From IMG/VR virus record IMGVR_UViG_3300006922_000005: a stretch of 64,000 bases of DNA. The stretch is one strand, 5' to 3'. A program made the translations under genes and the position numbers. Of the stretch, positions 35,971 to 45,483 are shown one piece after another (positions within the stretch are counted from its first letter, which is position 1; the number at the start of each line of letters is the position of its first letter). The notes beneath the pieces are model-generated. The model did no database searches, had not been told where the DNA came from, and saw only the letters and a program-made list of their open reading frames with translations. The stretch comes from a virus (lineage: Duplodnaviria; Caudoviricetes).

Positions 35971-36525
35971 TTACTCTGGTGTTGATGCAGTCTGTAAGTA
36001 AGTCATCATATTTTCTGGAGTAGTTTCAATGTATGGATCAGCATCTGAACCTTCATTGTTAATACCTGGCTCTTGCCACCATTGTTCTACAACGCCGTCA
36101 TTAATAACAGCCATGTAACGCCAACTACGCATTCCGAATCCTACATGATTCTTGCCAATAAGCATACCCATGTAACGTGTAAAGTTTCCACTACCATCTG
36201 GAATAACTTTTACATTATTAACTTTAAGTATCTCAGCCCATGCATTCATTACAAATGTGTCATTAACTGAACAACAATATACTTCATCAATACCTAATGA
36301 TTTAATAGTATTATAATTTTCTTCAAAACTTGGTAATTGTGTTGATGTACATGTTGGTGTAAACGCACCTGGTAAACTAAACAACACAACACGTTTACCT
36401 TTGAAGTAGTCATCTGATGTCATTGTTGTCCACATACCTTCATCAAAACTGCAACCGTCATCTAAGACTGAATCGCCAGTTCTAATTCGGAACGTTGTAT
36501 TTGGGATTTCAAATCCTTTAATCAT
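35971..36525 (-). CDS. Peroxiredoxin (Prx5-like)
   Basis: FSLPGAFTPTCTSTQLP, SVNDTFVMNAW, DGSGNFT, RSWRY. Confidence 0.93.
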   Translation of the reverse strand: MIKGFEIPNTTFRIRTGDSVLDDGCSFDEGMWTTMTSDDYFKGKRVVLFSLPGAFTPTCTSTQLPSFEENYNTIKSLGIDEVYCCSVNDTFVMNAWAEILKVNNVKVIPDGSGNFTRYMGMLIGKNHVGFGMRSWRYMAVINDGVVEQWWQEPGINNEGSDADPYIETTPENMMTYLQTASTPE

Positions 36526-36537
36526 TGTTTTTCCTTA

Positions 36538-37659
36538 TTAGTTATTAGCATAAACACTATTAAACTGTTGTGTACACCTAATAAACGTTGTACAACGCAT
36601 TAAGTGTTTAAGTCTAATAGCACCTGCATATGTACAAGTACTACGCAATCCGCCTAGTAAATCTTGTACTGTAGCCGCAACATCGCCCCTATAAGGAACA
36701 AACACTTCACGGCCTTCTGATGAACGATAATCTTTCAATCCACCAAAATGCTTTTTATTTGCGGCATCACTACTCATGCCATAAAATTGTACAAACTGCT
36801 TTTGTTCGTAATGTGGCATGTAGTTGCCATTGTCTAAAAGAGTTGCTTCTTTTGAAAGATAGTGTTTAGTAATTACTTCACCACCACCTTGGTCGTGTCC
36901 GGCGAGCATACCTCCTAGCATTACAAAGTCAGCACCTCCAGCAAACGCTTTAGCAACATCGCCAGGACAAGTACAACCGCCATCAGCGATAATATGTCCA
37001 CCAAGGCCATGTGCCGCGTCGGCGCATTCCATGACTGCGGATAACTGCGGATATCCAACACCAGTCTGTATCCTAGTAGTACAAACACTACCAGGCCCAA
37101 TCCCAACTTTAACAATATCTGCTCCTGCAAGAATTAACTCCTCTGTCATTTCACCTGTTACAACGTTACCTGCTATAATTACTAGATTTGGATATAGTGT
37201 TCTAAATTCTGCTACTGTATCTCTAAAGCGACTGCTATAACCGTTTGCAACATCAATACAAACATACTTTAGTCTACTGCCTGTTTGCTCATATACATCT
37301 CTAAACTTTGCATGGTCGGCATCTGTAATACCAATACTCATTGCAACATAGTCTGTACGTTCCGGTATGTCACTATCAAAATAATTAACTAATTCGTTTA
37401 TACTATAAGTTTTAACTAAACAAGTAAAGATTTTACCTTCAGCAAGTTTGTCTGCCATTTCAAATGTGCCAACACCGTCCATGTTAGCCGCCATAATAGG
37501 TGTGCCACGATAGTGTCTATATTCTGTTTTATCGCCTTTGTAGTTACGGAATGTAAATCCTCTTTCTAGATCAACTTCTTTACGACTACCTAGTGTACTA
37601 CGTTTAGGACGAATGAGTACGTCTTTGTAGTCTAGTTTAGTATCTTCTTCAATTCGCAT
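36538..37659 (-). CDS. guaC: GMP reductase
   Basis: [55 protein letters not shown]. Confidence 0.95.
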   Translation of the reverse strand: MRIEEDTKLDYKDVLIRPKRSTLGSRKEVDLERGFTFRNYKGDKTEYRHYRGTPIMAANMDGVGTFEMADKLAEGKIFTCLVKTYSINELVNYFDSDIPERTDYVAMSIGITDADHAKFRDVYEQTGSRLKYVCIDVANGYSSRFRDTVAEFRTLYPNLVIIAGNVVTGEMTEELILAGADIVKVGIGPGSVCTTRIQTGVGYPQLSAVMECADAAHGLGGHIIADGGCTCPGDVAKAFAGGADFVMLGGMLAGHDQGGGEVITKHYLSKEATLLDNGNYMPHYEQKQFVQFYGMSSDAANKKHFGGLKDYRSSEGREVFVPYRGDVAATVQDLLGGLRSTCTYAGAIRLKHLMRCTTFIRCTQQFNSVYANN

Positions 37660-38188
37660 TTAAGTTTAACTCCTTGTATGCTGTCTGTACCGATAATGCT
37701 TGATAGTAACAATCAGCCAAGGCATTGTGTGCTTCTTGTTGAATTGCTTTACGTGGATCTTTAGATAGTAAACTAAACAATGTTCTACTATCTCTTATCT
37801 GCCAAAAGTTCCATGGTATAGGTAATCCTAATTGCTGGTACAAATTTTCTAATATAACAATATCAAAAGCAGGCCCTTGAGCCCATACTACATCAACACC
37901 AACAAGAAACTTGTTGATCTCTTTTGTCATTTGATCTAAACTAATACGTCCTTCTTCTGAAAAGGCTTCTTCTTGCACACTCTGGGTTTGCTTACCCCAC
38001 CATTCGATAGTACTTTCATCTTGTGTTCTTTTTAATTTGTCTTGCTCGTCTATGTCAAGTTTTTGATAAAGACCACTGTGTGGTTCTTCATTAGTGAAAG
38101 GGTCGAATTTGATTGCGCCTAATGTTAGTATCACACAATCTGGTTTAGTGCCTAGAGTTTCTAGGTCTATCATTGCATGTGTTGCCAT
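37649..38188 (-). CDS. DEDD 3'-5' exo(ribo)nuclease
   Basis: [28 protein letters not shown]. Confidence 0.88.
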   Translation of the reverse strand: MATHAMIDLETLGTKPDCVILTLGAIKFDPFTNEEPHSGLYQKLDIDEQDKLKRTQDESTIEWWGKQTQSVQEEAFSEEGRISLDQMTKEINKFLVGVDVVWAQGPAFDIVILENLYQQLGLPIPWNFWQIRDSRTLFSLLSKDPRKAIQQEAHNALADCYYQALSVQTAYKELNLNAN

Positions 38189-38200
38189 TTCTATTGCCTA

Positions 38201-38467
38201 TTAGTAGTTGTTTTTATTGTCTAACAATGCACGTTGTTGCCTACGTACTGCCTGTTTTTTAGCCTTGCGTTTCTTATCGCTAGGTTTTTCATAGTACTGC
38301 TTGTCTCGAAAGTCATTAATAATTCCGCTTTCAGCAACTTTGCGTTTAAACTTACGCATGGCTTTCATAAACTCTCGTTCACCTTCGCCACGTACTACTA
38401 CACTCAGGCCCGCTTCGTTGGGGTCTCTAACTTGTGCCATTGATCTTACCTTAATGTTTTTTGCCAT
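38201..38467 (-). CDS. rpsU: Ribosomal protein bS21
   Basis: AMRKFKRKV...I..D.R.KQYYEKPSDKKRKAKKQA. Confidence 0.85.
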   Translation of the reverse strand: MAKNIKVRSMAQVRDPNEAGLSVVVRGEGEREFMKAMRKFKRKVAESGIINDFRDKQYYEKPSDKKRKAKKQAVRRQQRALLDNKNNY

Positions 38468-39704
38468 TTGTCCTTTTGTTTCTATATACCAGTAACGGTG
38501 TATCGTTATTAGTTATCGTTTCTTCTTGTATCGTTATAGTGTCCAACCCTTCTGCCGCTAAATCTTCAGCGTCATATTGATACTGTAACAGTGCCTCTTC
38601 TATAATCTTTTTAAGTCCACGAGCACCTGTCTTAAGTTCTTGTGCTTTAGAAGCAATCGCTTTAATTGCTCCTTCAGTGAACTCTAAGTTTATATTGTCT
38701 AGTCCAAACAAATAACTATATTGTTTTACTAAACTGTTCTTAGGCTCTTTAATAATACTACATAGTTGCTCTTGTGTCAACTGATTTACGTATGTAATTA
38801 AGCCAAAACGACCAATAAACTCTGGAATGAAACCGTACTTGATTAAGTCTTCTGGAAGTATTTGTGACAAATCTGCTTCTGCGTTTGGATCTTGTATGTC
38901 TGCACCAAACCCCATTCCGTTTTGATTTGTACGTTCTGATAGTAGTTTATCCAATCCAACAAATGCACCACCAACTACAAATAATATATCTTTTGTATCA
39001 ATGTCTACCATTTCAGCACCTGGATGCTTACGTTTGTTTTGTCCTGCATTAACTCTAACTTTAGTGCCTTCAATAATCTTTAAAAGACCTTGTTGTACAC
39101 CTTCTCCACTAACATCTCTTGTAACTGAAACGTTTTGTGATTTCTTTGTAATTTTATCAATTTCGTCTACAAACACAATACCACGTTGTGCTAGTTCAAT
39201 GTTTCCATCTGCTTCTGTTACTAGTCTAGTAATAATACTTTCTACATCATCACCAACGTATCCTGCTTCTGTAAGTGTTGTAGCATCACAAATAGCAAAC
39301 GGTACATTAAGGAAGTCTGCAATAGTTTGTGCAATTAATGTTTTACCTGATCCTGTTGGACCCATAACCATTACGTTAGTTTTATCTAATTTAATATCGT
39401 CACTTGGATTGTTTAATTTTTTGTAGTGTTGTGCTACTGCAACACTCATTGCTAACTTTGTTTGTTCCTGTCCAATTACATGTTGATCAAGATACTCTTT
39501 AATCATCTTTGGATTAAGTTTAGTTGTATCAAATGCTTCTTTCTTAGTATGAATACTTTTAACTTTTTCTTTAGTTAAAATAGTTACACATAAGTCAATA
39601 CATTCATTACAAATTGCACTGTCGTCACCGACAATCAATTTGGTTACTTCTTTTTTATCTTTGCCACAAAAGTGACAGTGGTGATCTTGTTGTTTATTGC
39701 TCAT
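38451..39704 (-). CDS. clpX: ATP-dependent Clp protease ATPase subunit
   Basis: C4 zinc domain, GPTGSGKT, EAGYVGDDVE, DEIDKI, RDVSGEGVQQ, RKHP, IPEFIGR, GARGL. Confidence 0.96.
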   Translation of the reverse strand: MSNKQQDHHCHFCGKDKKEVTKLIVGDDSAICNECIDLCVTILTKEKVKSIHTKKEAFDTTKLNPKMIKEYLDQHVIGQEQTKLAMSVAVAQHYKKLNNPSDDIKLDKTNVMVMGPTGSGKTLIAQTIADFLNVPFAICDATTLTEAGYVGDDVESIITRLVTEADGNIELAQRGIVFVDEIDKITKKSQNVSVTRDVSGEGVQQGLLKIIEGTKVRVNAGQNKRKHPGAEMVDIDTKDILFVVGGAFVGLDKLLSERTNQNGMGFGADIQDPNAEADLSQILPEDLIKYGFIPEFIGRFGLITYVNQLTQEQLCSIIKEPKNSLVKQYSYLFGLDNINLEFTEGAIKAIASKAQELKTGARGLKKIIEEALLQYQYDAEDLAAEGLDTITIQEETITNNDTPLLVYRNKRTNGKKH

Positions 39705-40086
39705 TGTATACCTTATCTAAAAAATTGTTGATGTCAGTTACATTGTTTGTACTAATCAGACTGTAAACTTCTTTCATATTTTTATCCTCTGTGTAGTAGT
39801 AAACATTGCTCTTACTTAATATGTAACTAGTATATTGTACACTAATATCACTGGTATTGTCAAGATTAATATACGTTTTAATTTCACCATTTACTTTGTT
39901 AAGTAACCAAGTAGGGTTATTTTCATTTGTATATGCATACAGGTTTATTTCTCTATCATCTTTTTGTTTGCCCAAGTAGTTACTAATCTTTTCTTTTTCA
40001 GCATCTGTAGTATTAATTAGATTTAAAGAAAAGTTGTTGTTGTATAAGTTATCGGGCGGTGTGATCAAGTTTATTTTATTTGGCAT
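39694..40086 (-). CDS. Hypothetical protein
   Basis: NKINLITPPD N-terminus; coupled ORF. Confidence 0.6.
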   Translation of the reverse strand: MPNKINLITPPDNLYNNNFSLNLINTTDAEKEKISNYLGKQKDDREINLYAYTNENNPTWLLNKVNGEIKTYINLDNTSDISVQYTSYILSKSNVYYYTEDKNMKEVYSLISTNNVTDINNFLDKVYNEQ

Positions 40087-40087
40087 A

Positions 40088-42019
40088 TTAATTCTTATCT
40101 AATAATGTAGTAATCTTATTTGCTTCAGTTTCTGTAAGGTCGTCTACTTTAATTAGTCCGTCCTTTAACCTTTCTATAAGAGATATGATATGCTTTTGAC
40201 TTGCGTCTCTATACTGTTCTTCAGTAATTTCTAGTTCTTTAATCTTGCTAGGATCAAAACTTTGTCTTGCTTTGTTTATTTTGTTAAACACACTATTTTC
40301 ATTCTGTTCTGAATTTTGTTCAAAATCTTCTGGATTATTCTCTGCTTCTTCGTTTGCTTTCTCTACCCAACTGTTCCAGGCATCTAAGTCATCAATCTTT
40401 TCAAGTTGTTGAGTAACTGTTTGTTGTGATTCCTTTGATGCTTGATCCGGCCATTGCCCTTTGTCTTTCATATCGTCAATAGTATCATCAACGTCATTTA
40501 CTTTTTCGTCAGCATAGAAAAATGGATTTATTGTTTTAGTATACTTTTTCTTAGTGTCTGTATCAAAATTAATTTCTATTTGATTAGGATCGACAGTTTT
40601 CTGCGGATTAATTTCTTCTTGTTCAACAGTTTTCTGCGGTTCAGGATCTATGTCTTCCCAAAGGAGGTATTGGTCAGTCTTTTTTTTAGATACTACGGAC
40701 TCTTTCTTTTCTTCTGTGTCCGGGGGAATGTTGGCATCAATTGCTTTAGCACGATCAAACTCATAGTTTTGTCTGTGTGCTTCGTCCCACTCTTCTTGTG
40801 TAACTGTTGGAGTGTTATCCGGATCGTTGTCCGGATCGTGCTTTGGGGGCAAACTACCTCCCGTATTTCTCCAATGGAATGTATATTGCGATGCAATTAG
40901 TAATAGTACTGCTAGTGGATCAAATACAAATATAATTATAATAATAACCCAACGTACTGCTTCTTCTAACATATTTTGTGTAGCATTTTCGCCATAAACA
41001 AATTCTGCAATATATTTGATAGGACCTACTTCTGCTTCAAGTTTTCTGTACTCACCTTCAAGTGCATACTTCTCATCTGTTAGTGTATCTATTTCTGTGT
41101 TAGCATTTTTAATTCTTAAGTTTTGTGCATCTACTTGTGCGTCAATGTCTGCTGTCTTATCAGTATCGCCTAGTTGATTACGTAAACGATTAATAAGAGC
41201 ATTTGAATCTTTTATTTGTTGTTCTACAGTAGTACGTAGACGTTTAATTTCCTCTGCGGCCGCTTTTGCTTGAGGATTGTTACTAGCACGTTCAATCTTA
41301 TCAATAAGTTCGTTTCGTTCTTTTGCTTTTGCTTCTTGCCAGTCACCAATCTTGTCAGCAGTCTTTTTACCAAAGATACCGTCAGCACTAGCACCAATCA
41401 TTTGTTGTGCTTTTTTAGTATCGCCACTATCGATGTAACCTTGTAGAGTTTCCATCTCAGCATCTATTTTAGCAAGTTCATTTTTATATAGTGTTGCTTG
41501 GCTATCAATAATTTTTTGTTGTTCATCAATAGCAGGTTGTACTCTAACATATGCTTTGTCAATACGTTCTTGTTCAGCATCTATTTGTGCTTGTATGTTA
41601 GCATCGCCACCAACTGTACTTGTTTCTAATTTTTTAATTTTTTCTTCAGCACGAACAATAATATCTTGTTGTCTTTCAATCTCACCTGTAAGACGTTCTA
41701 CTTGTGCAACACTTTCTTCGCCTGCACTTGTTTGTTCAATATGTGCTTTAGATAAGAATCCAAATATACCCATGCTTGTAATAAACATGAGAACAATTAC
41801 TGCGGTTGTGAGATATGTTTTAAGCCACCATGTTGCTTGTTGCCAATACTTGTGTAACCATACTGCGGTAACAAGTTTACCTACTTCTAATGCAGTACCC
41901 ATAATAATAATGGGAATTGCCGCCGCGGCAAAAATAGCCACTAGACCTGCAATGGAATAGTATATAGCCACTGCCGAAATTGTTAAGGCAGATAAAAGTG
42001 TAAGTATACCGTATAACAT
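40088..42019 (-). CDS. Membrane-anchored long coiled-coil protein
   Basis: Three N-terminal TM segments, coiled coil with ADGIFGKKT, a TM (FVFDPLAVLLL) and an acidic tail. Confidence 0.65.
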   Translation of the reverse strand: MLYGILTLLSALTISAVAIYYSIAGLVAIFAAAAIPIIIMGTALEVGKLVTAVWLHKYWQQATWWLKTYLTTAVIVLMFITSMGIFGFLSKAHIEQTSAGEESVAQVERLTGEIERQQDIIVRAEEKIKKLETSTVGGDANIQAQIDAEQERIDKAYVRVQPAIDEQQKIIDSQATLYKNELAKIDAEMETLQGYIDSGDTKKAQQMIGASADGIFGKKTADKIGDWQEAKAKERNELIDKIERASNNPQAKAAAEEIKRLRTTVEQQIKDSNALINRLRNQLGDTDKTADIDAQVDAQNLRIKNANTEIDTLTDEKYALEGEYRKLEAEVGPIKYIAEFVYGENATQNMLEEAVRWVIIIIIFVFDPLAVLLLIASQYTFHWRNTGGSLPPKHDPDNDPDNTPTVTQEEWDEAHRQNYEFDRAKAIDANIPPDTEEKKESVVSKKKTDQYLLWEDIDPEPQKTVEQEEINPQKTVDPNQIEINFDTDTKKKYTKTINPFFYADEKVNDVDDTIDDMKDKGQWPDQASKESQQTVTQQLEKIDDLDAWNSWVEKANEEAENNPEDFEQNSEQNENSVFNKINKARQSFDPSKIKELEITEEQYRDASQKHIISLIERLKDGLIKVDDLTETEANKITTLLDKN

Positions 42020-42064
42020 AGTCTTGTATTTACCCTTATATTTGGTGTTAGTAAACCTGGTACT

Positions 42065-42499
42065 TTAATTATATGGTCTAAATGTCCAAGACTTTCCCAT
42101 GTTAGTTGAACAAGCATACTCGCTCAAATTTCTAGTCTTAGTTTCATACCATACTTGACTGTTAAGCAATCTACAATACGAACCACCGTATGTTTCTGTC
42201 ATAACAATTTTAATACTACCTGATGTGTTGCTTTTAGCATCTTGCCAATTAATCGATTCGCCATCAGTCATATTGTTAATAGCAAAGTAAATTGATTGTG
42301 TATGCTTACTTGCCGCCTCTGGTGGCATACGCCACACTGTGTTTTCTATAATCCTTGTAACAGATGTCGACACACTATTACCTGTGTGATTGTACTTACT
42401 GTTTATAGACATGTTGCTACTTACAGGACTATTATAATTGTGTGAAGAACATGCACCTAAAATTAATAGTATACTACTGAGCAATAACGTTCGGTACAT
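42065..42499 (-). CDS. Lipoprotein (17-kDa surface-antigen-like)
   Basis: ILGAC lipobox, W...SNTSG...YCR...AC...SW. Confidence 0.6.
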   Translation of the reverse strand: MYRTLLLSSILLILGACSSHNYNSPVSSNMSINSKYNHTGNSVSTSVTRIIENTVWRMPPEAASKHTQSIYFAINNMTDGESINWQDAKSNTSGSIKIVMTETYGGSYCRLLNSQVWYETKTRNLSEYACSTNMGKSWTFRPYN

Positions 42500-42800
42500 A
42501 AGTCCAACTCCCATCTTGTAGTTGACAAGCCATTGTATAACTTGTAGTTAATTTTCCTGCAACAGGATAACTTTGTCTTGCCCATCCACACTTGCGGCCA
42601 TCAAAGCCACTTTGTAGTGTCATTTTAGGATTAGGTTTGTCAGTACACTCTACTATCACTTCACTAGAACTAGTAGTACTATCTTTCAGTATCTTCGTAC
42701 TTGATGTATGGCAATACTGTGATTGATCAACTACCATCTTAGGAGTGCTTGAGCATCCTGTCATAACTGCTAATCCAATTAGGATTACCAAGCACCTCAT
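42474..42800 (-). CDS. Cys-rich lipoprotein
   Basis: VMTGC lipobox. Confidence 0.6.
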   Translation of the reverse strand: MRCLVILIGLAVMTGCSSTPKMVVDQSQYCHTSSTKILKDSTTSSSEVIVECTDKPNPKMTLQSGFDGRKCGWARQSYPVAGKLTTSYTMACQLQDGSWTYVPNVIAQ

Positions 42801-43288
42801 TAGTCTGTTCTCTGTGACTTAGACTCTGCTACCAAACTATCAAATACATCTTTAGGCATTCTAAGTTTTACGAAAGTATATTGTTTACCTGCGTATACAT
42901 AAGTTGCTCTATCTTCTTCGATGTGTTGTGTGATTGGTGTATCTTTTACAACGTAAGAAATAAATGTATTAGTTGTCTTACTGTCGTTTTTAAACTCAAG
43001 TTCTGTTTTTGAGTTTACGTTACCGTTGATACGTTTTGCAAAATTATTCATTGCAATAGCATACATCTGCTCTTCTGCGGCTTGTTGGTAAATTGATTCA
43101 CCAGCCCCACATGCATATGCATACTCTTTAGTCCACCAAAAGTATCCTTCGGTTCCTGATTGGGCACATGACGCATACCATTTAGGTTGTGCATATGTGT
43201 CTCTTTCTGCGATAGTTGTCATGGATGAACAAGCACCAAGTGTACTTGCAATCACTCCTGCAACTGCGATTTTAAATAAGCCTTTCAT
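42800..43288 (-). CDS. Lipoprotein (LPP20-like)
   Basis: TLGAC lipobox; P.WY; A...A...FA.RING. Confidence 0.6.
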   Translation of the reverse strand: MKGLFKIAVAGVIASTLGACSSMTTIAERDTYAQPKWYASCAQSGTEGYFWWTKEYAYACGAGESIYQQAAEEQMYAIAMNNFAKRINGNVNSKTELEFKNDSKTTNTFISYVVKDTPITQHIEEDRATYVYAGKQYTFVKLRMPKDVFDSLVAESKSQRTD

Positions 43289-43381
43289 TATTGCCTCCTT
43301 TGTTAGCCTGTTTGTTTAGCCTATATATACATAATAACATCATTACCGGTTTTGTCAACGGTTAAGTTTACCAAAGTGAAC

Positions 43382-43618
43382 CTACCCTTGTCCTCCACCA
43401 GTTCCGACTAATTTCATTTCCATTCCTGCCTGCATTACTACTACAGTATTATTTGGAAATAAACTCTGAAATTGTTTTTGTACTTTCATTCTATCACCTG
43501 TTGCTAACGGAAGTTTATGTTCTACAACAATAACGTCTCCTGCTTTGGGCGATACTTTTTTTACATCTCCTAGAATTTGATATGCTAGTTTGGATGTCTT
43601 TAGTGCTGGGTCAGCCAT
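43382..43618 (-). CDS. Hypothetical protein
   Basis: AGGAG SD; intact ORF. Confidence 0.5.
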   Translation of the reverse strand: MADPALKTSKLAYQILGDVKKVSPKAGDVIVVEHKLPLATGDRMKVQKQFQSLFPNNTVVVMQAGMEMKLVGTGGGQG

Positions 43619-43619
43619 T

Positions 43620-44081
43620 TTAGTTTCTCCTCATTTGTGCGATCTCTGTCGCTTGTTTAGATCCTGTTGTATCATCTTCGTCCGCAAATACAGGAACAAG
43701 ATTACTTTTGTGCATCATAGCAATACCTACAAGTTTGCGTTCACCTGTGTATCGCATTGATTCTTTTCTAGTAGCAGGTGCAAAACTTTCCTTTGATGCA
43801 AGACTTGGAATGTTTTCAGTTGTTCTTGTTTGTGGACCTGAATATTGCCACGGAGCACTTGATACTGCTTTTGTTTGTTTAGGCTTGTACTGCCCTTTAC
43901 AGTAAGCGATATAATCATCTAGTTGTTCAAACTGATGCTGATGAAGATGCTTTCGACGCATTTCTTTGTTATGCTGACGCCATTGCACTTCATACTTTTT
44001 AAGTTGTGCTTCTGTAACTTTTTTAGACTTACGTTTTTTTGTGTTGAGAGTAGTCAACCCTCTTGCTAGATGCATTGTCAT
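43620..44081 (-). CDS. Conserved T4-like phage hypothetical protein
   Basis: YTG..LVGIAMMHKSNLVPV...A..IAQMRR motif. Confidence 0.65.
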   Translation of the reverse strand: MTMHLARGLTTLNTKKRKSKKVTEAQLKKYEVQWRQHNKEMRRKHLHQHQFEQLDDYIAYCKGQYKPKQTKAVSSAPWQYSGPQTRTTENIPSLASKESFAPATRKESMRYTGERKLVGIAMMHKSNLVPVFADEDDTTGSKQATEIAQMRRN

Positions 44082-44101
44082 AATAGTTATTGTAACTCCA
44101 T

Positions 44102-44749
44102 TTATGGTAATTGTCTAGTTATAATTGTATCAAAAACTATGCCTGCGTATTTTGGATTTGTACTCCAAGCATCTAGTTTTTCTAACAATCTTCGGTAATC
44201 CCAATCTCCATTATCGTATTGTTTTTCTCTTTCTCTACGAAAGTCTTTATATGCAGAATGGTTATTAATTGTATCAATCATATCCTGTACACTAGAACAT
44301 TTTGTTTTATACACCTTTACTCCAAATCTAGCATTAGGAACTTCTAATGGTTTGAGTTGCGGTGCATCTGGATCCCATGTTCTTATTCCAAATAGATTAT
44401 TGCCTTCTGTTGCAAATCTACTTGTACCCCAAGCGGATTCAATTCCTGCCATGCTTATTATAATAGCACTAGGTATTCTTTGCCTTGGTGCAGTTTTAAA
44501 ATTGATATAATCAATACAAGTTTTTAAAGATGAAATAAATGATTCGTCATTATTGTATTCGAACGAAGGTTCATGTAAACCAAAACTGTGTGCAGTTTCG
44601 ACTACATCTGCTTCAACTGTGTGAATGATCTTGTTCTTTACAATATCGTTAGGACGCCAAGTTCCGTATATATACGCTACACCAATAATAGTGATTACTA
44701 TTGTGTATCTGAATAATGTTGGTAAGAACTTTTTAAATTTATTTTTCAT
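44102..44749 (-). CDS. Bax-like glucosaminidase (peptidoglycan hydrolase) with N-terminal TM
   Basis: AGIESAWGTSRFATEGNNLFGIRTW, Y..FR, AWSTNPKY. Confidence 0.85.
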   Translation of the reverse strand: MKNKFKKFLPTLFRYTIVITIIGVAYIYGTWRPNDIVKNKIIHTVEADVVETAHSFGLHEPSFEYNNDESFISSLKTCIDYINFKTAPRQRIPSAIIISMAGIESAWGTSRFATEGNNLFGIRTWDPDAPQLKPLEVPNARFGVKVYKTKCSSVQDMIDTINNHSAYKDFRREREKQYDNGDWDYRRLLEKLDAWSTNPKYAGIVFDTIITRQLP

Positions 44750-44933
44750 AAACTTTATCGTTGCTTAACAGTGATAGTTGATATACAAGTTGTCTTCGAA
44801 CACTTCCCCAATAGTTTAGTTGCCACCCTGTGTTTGCTGTTTCAAGCACTGTGTCAACACTTTCTATTCGTTTCATCCAAAGCGCCATACGGTCCTCCTT
44901 GGGCATTCTCCAACAAGCCTCTTTAAACTGCAT
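44739..44933 (-). CDS. Hypothetical protein
   Basis: W..NYW motif; coupled ORF. Confidence 0.5.
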   Translation of the reverse strand: MQFKEACWRMPKEDRMALWMKRIESVDTVLETANTGWQLNYWGSVRRQLVYQLSLLSNDKVYEK

Positions 44934-44935
44934 TT

Positions 44936-45424
44936 TTAGTCTCCGTTAGTATGACCGTTTGTTAACTTTGCTAGTTCACTTGCTTCTTTTTGGAATCGTC
45001 TCGGTAACCCTGTCCAACGTGATACTTCACCGTCGTTATTGATTTTGAAACTACCTGCTACTGTGTAAATCTCATTGCCGTCTTTGTCTTCTGCAACAAA
45101 TTTACGTACAACGCCGTTGATTATACCATTGCCTGTGTCTCTGCCTACTTCCCATTTATATTTGCCTGACGGTCCTTCATACACCGATTCGTTGCCCCAT
45201 TCATTGCGGCAGATCGTCTTGATGTTTTCAAGTACCTCTATACTTTTAGCCATTGTGTTTTGCCTCCTTAAGCCATTAGTTTTAATAATACCAGTTTTAC
45301 CAGTATTAGTATTATAATACACTGCTTCAGAGGTTTTGTCAATTGTAGATTTTACCAATTTTACCACTTTGTGTTCGTAATTGGATTTATTGTCCAGATT
45401 GGACGAAGATAGATTTGCTTTCAT
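44936..45424 (-). CDS. Hypothetical protein with two probable starts (45424 and 45253)
   Basis: Internal AAGGAGG SD before MAKSIE and an internal sigma70 promoter at 45314-45342. Confidence 0.55.
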   Translation of the reverse strand: MKANLSSSNLDNKSNYEHKVVKLVKSTIDKTSEAVYYNTNTGKTGIIKTNGLRRQNTMAKSIEVLENIKTICRNEWGNESVYEGPSGKYKWEVGRDTGNGIINGVVRKFVAEDKDGNEIYTVAGSFKINNDGEVSRWTGLPRRFQKEASELAKLTNGHTNGD

Positions 45425-45483
45425 GCCTTGATTCTCCTTTTATATGCCTTTGTGCCTAAGTTGCCTTAGTGTATGTGTATTTA

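Noticed and set aside
40442-40900. Hydrophobic plus-strand ORF
   Set aside because: Antisense to the acidic tail of the 643-aa gene; no SD or promoter
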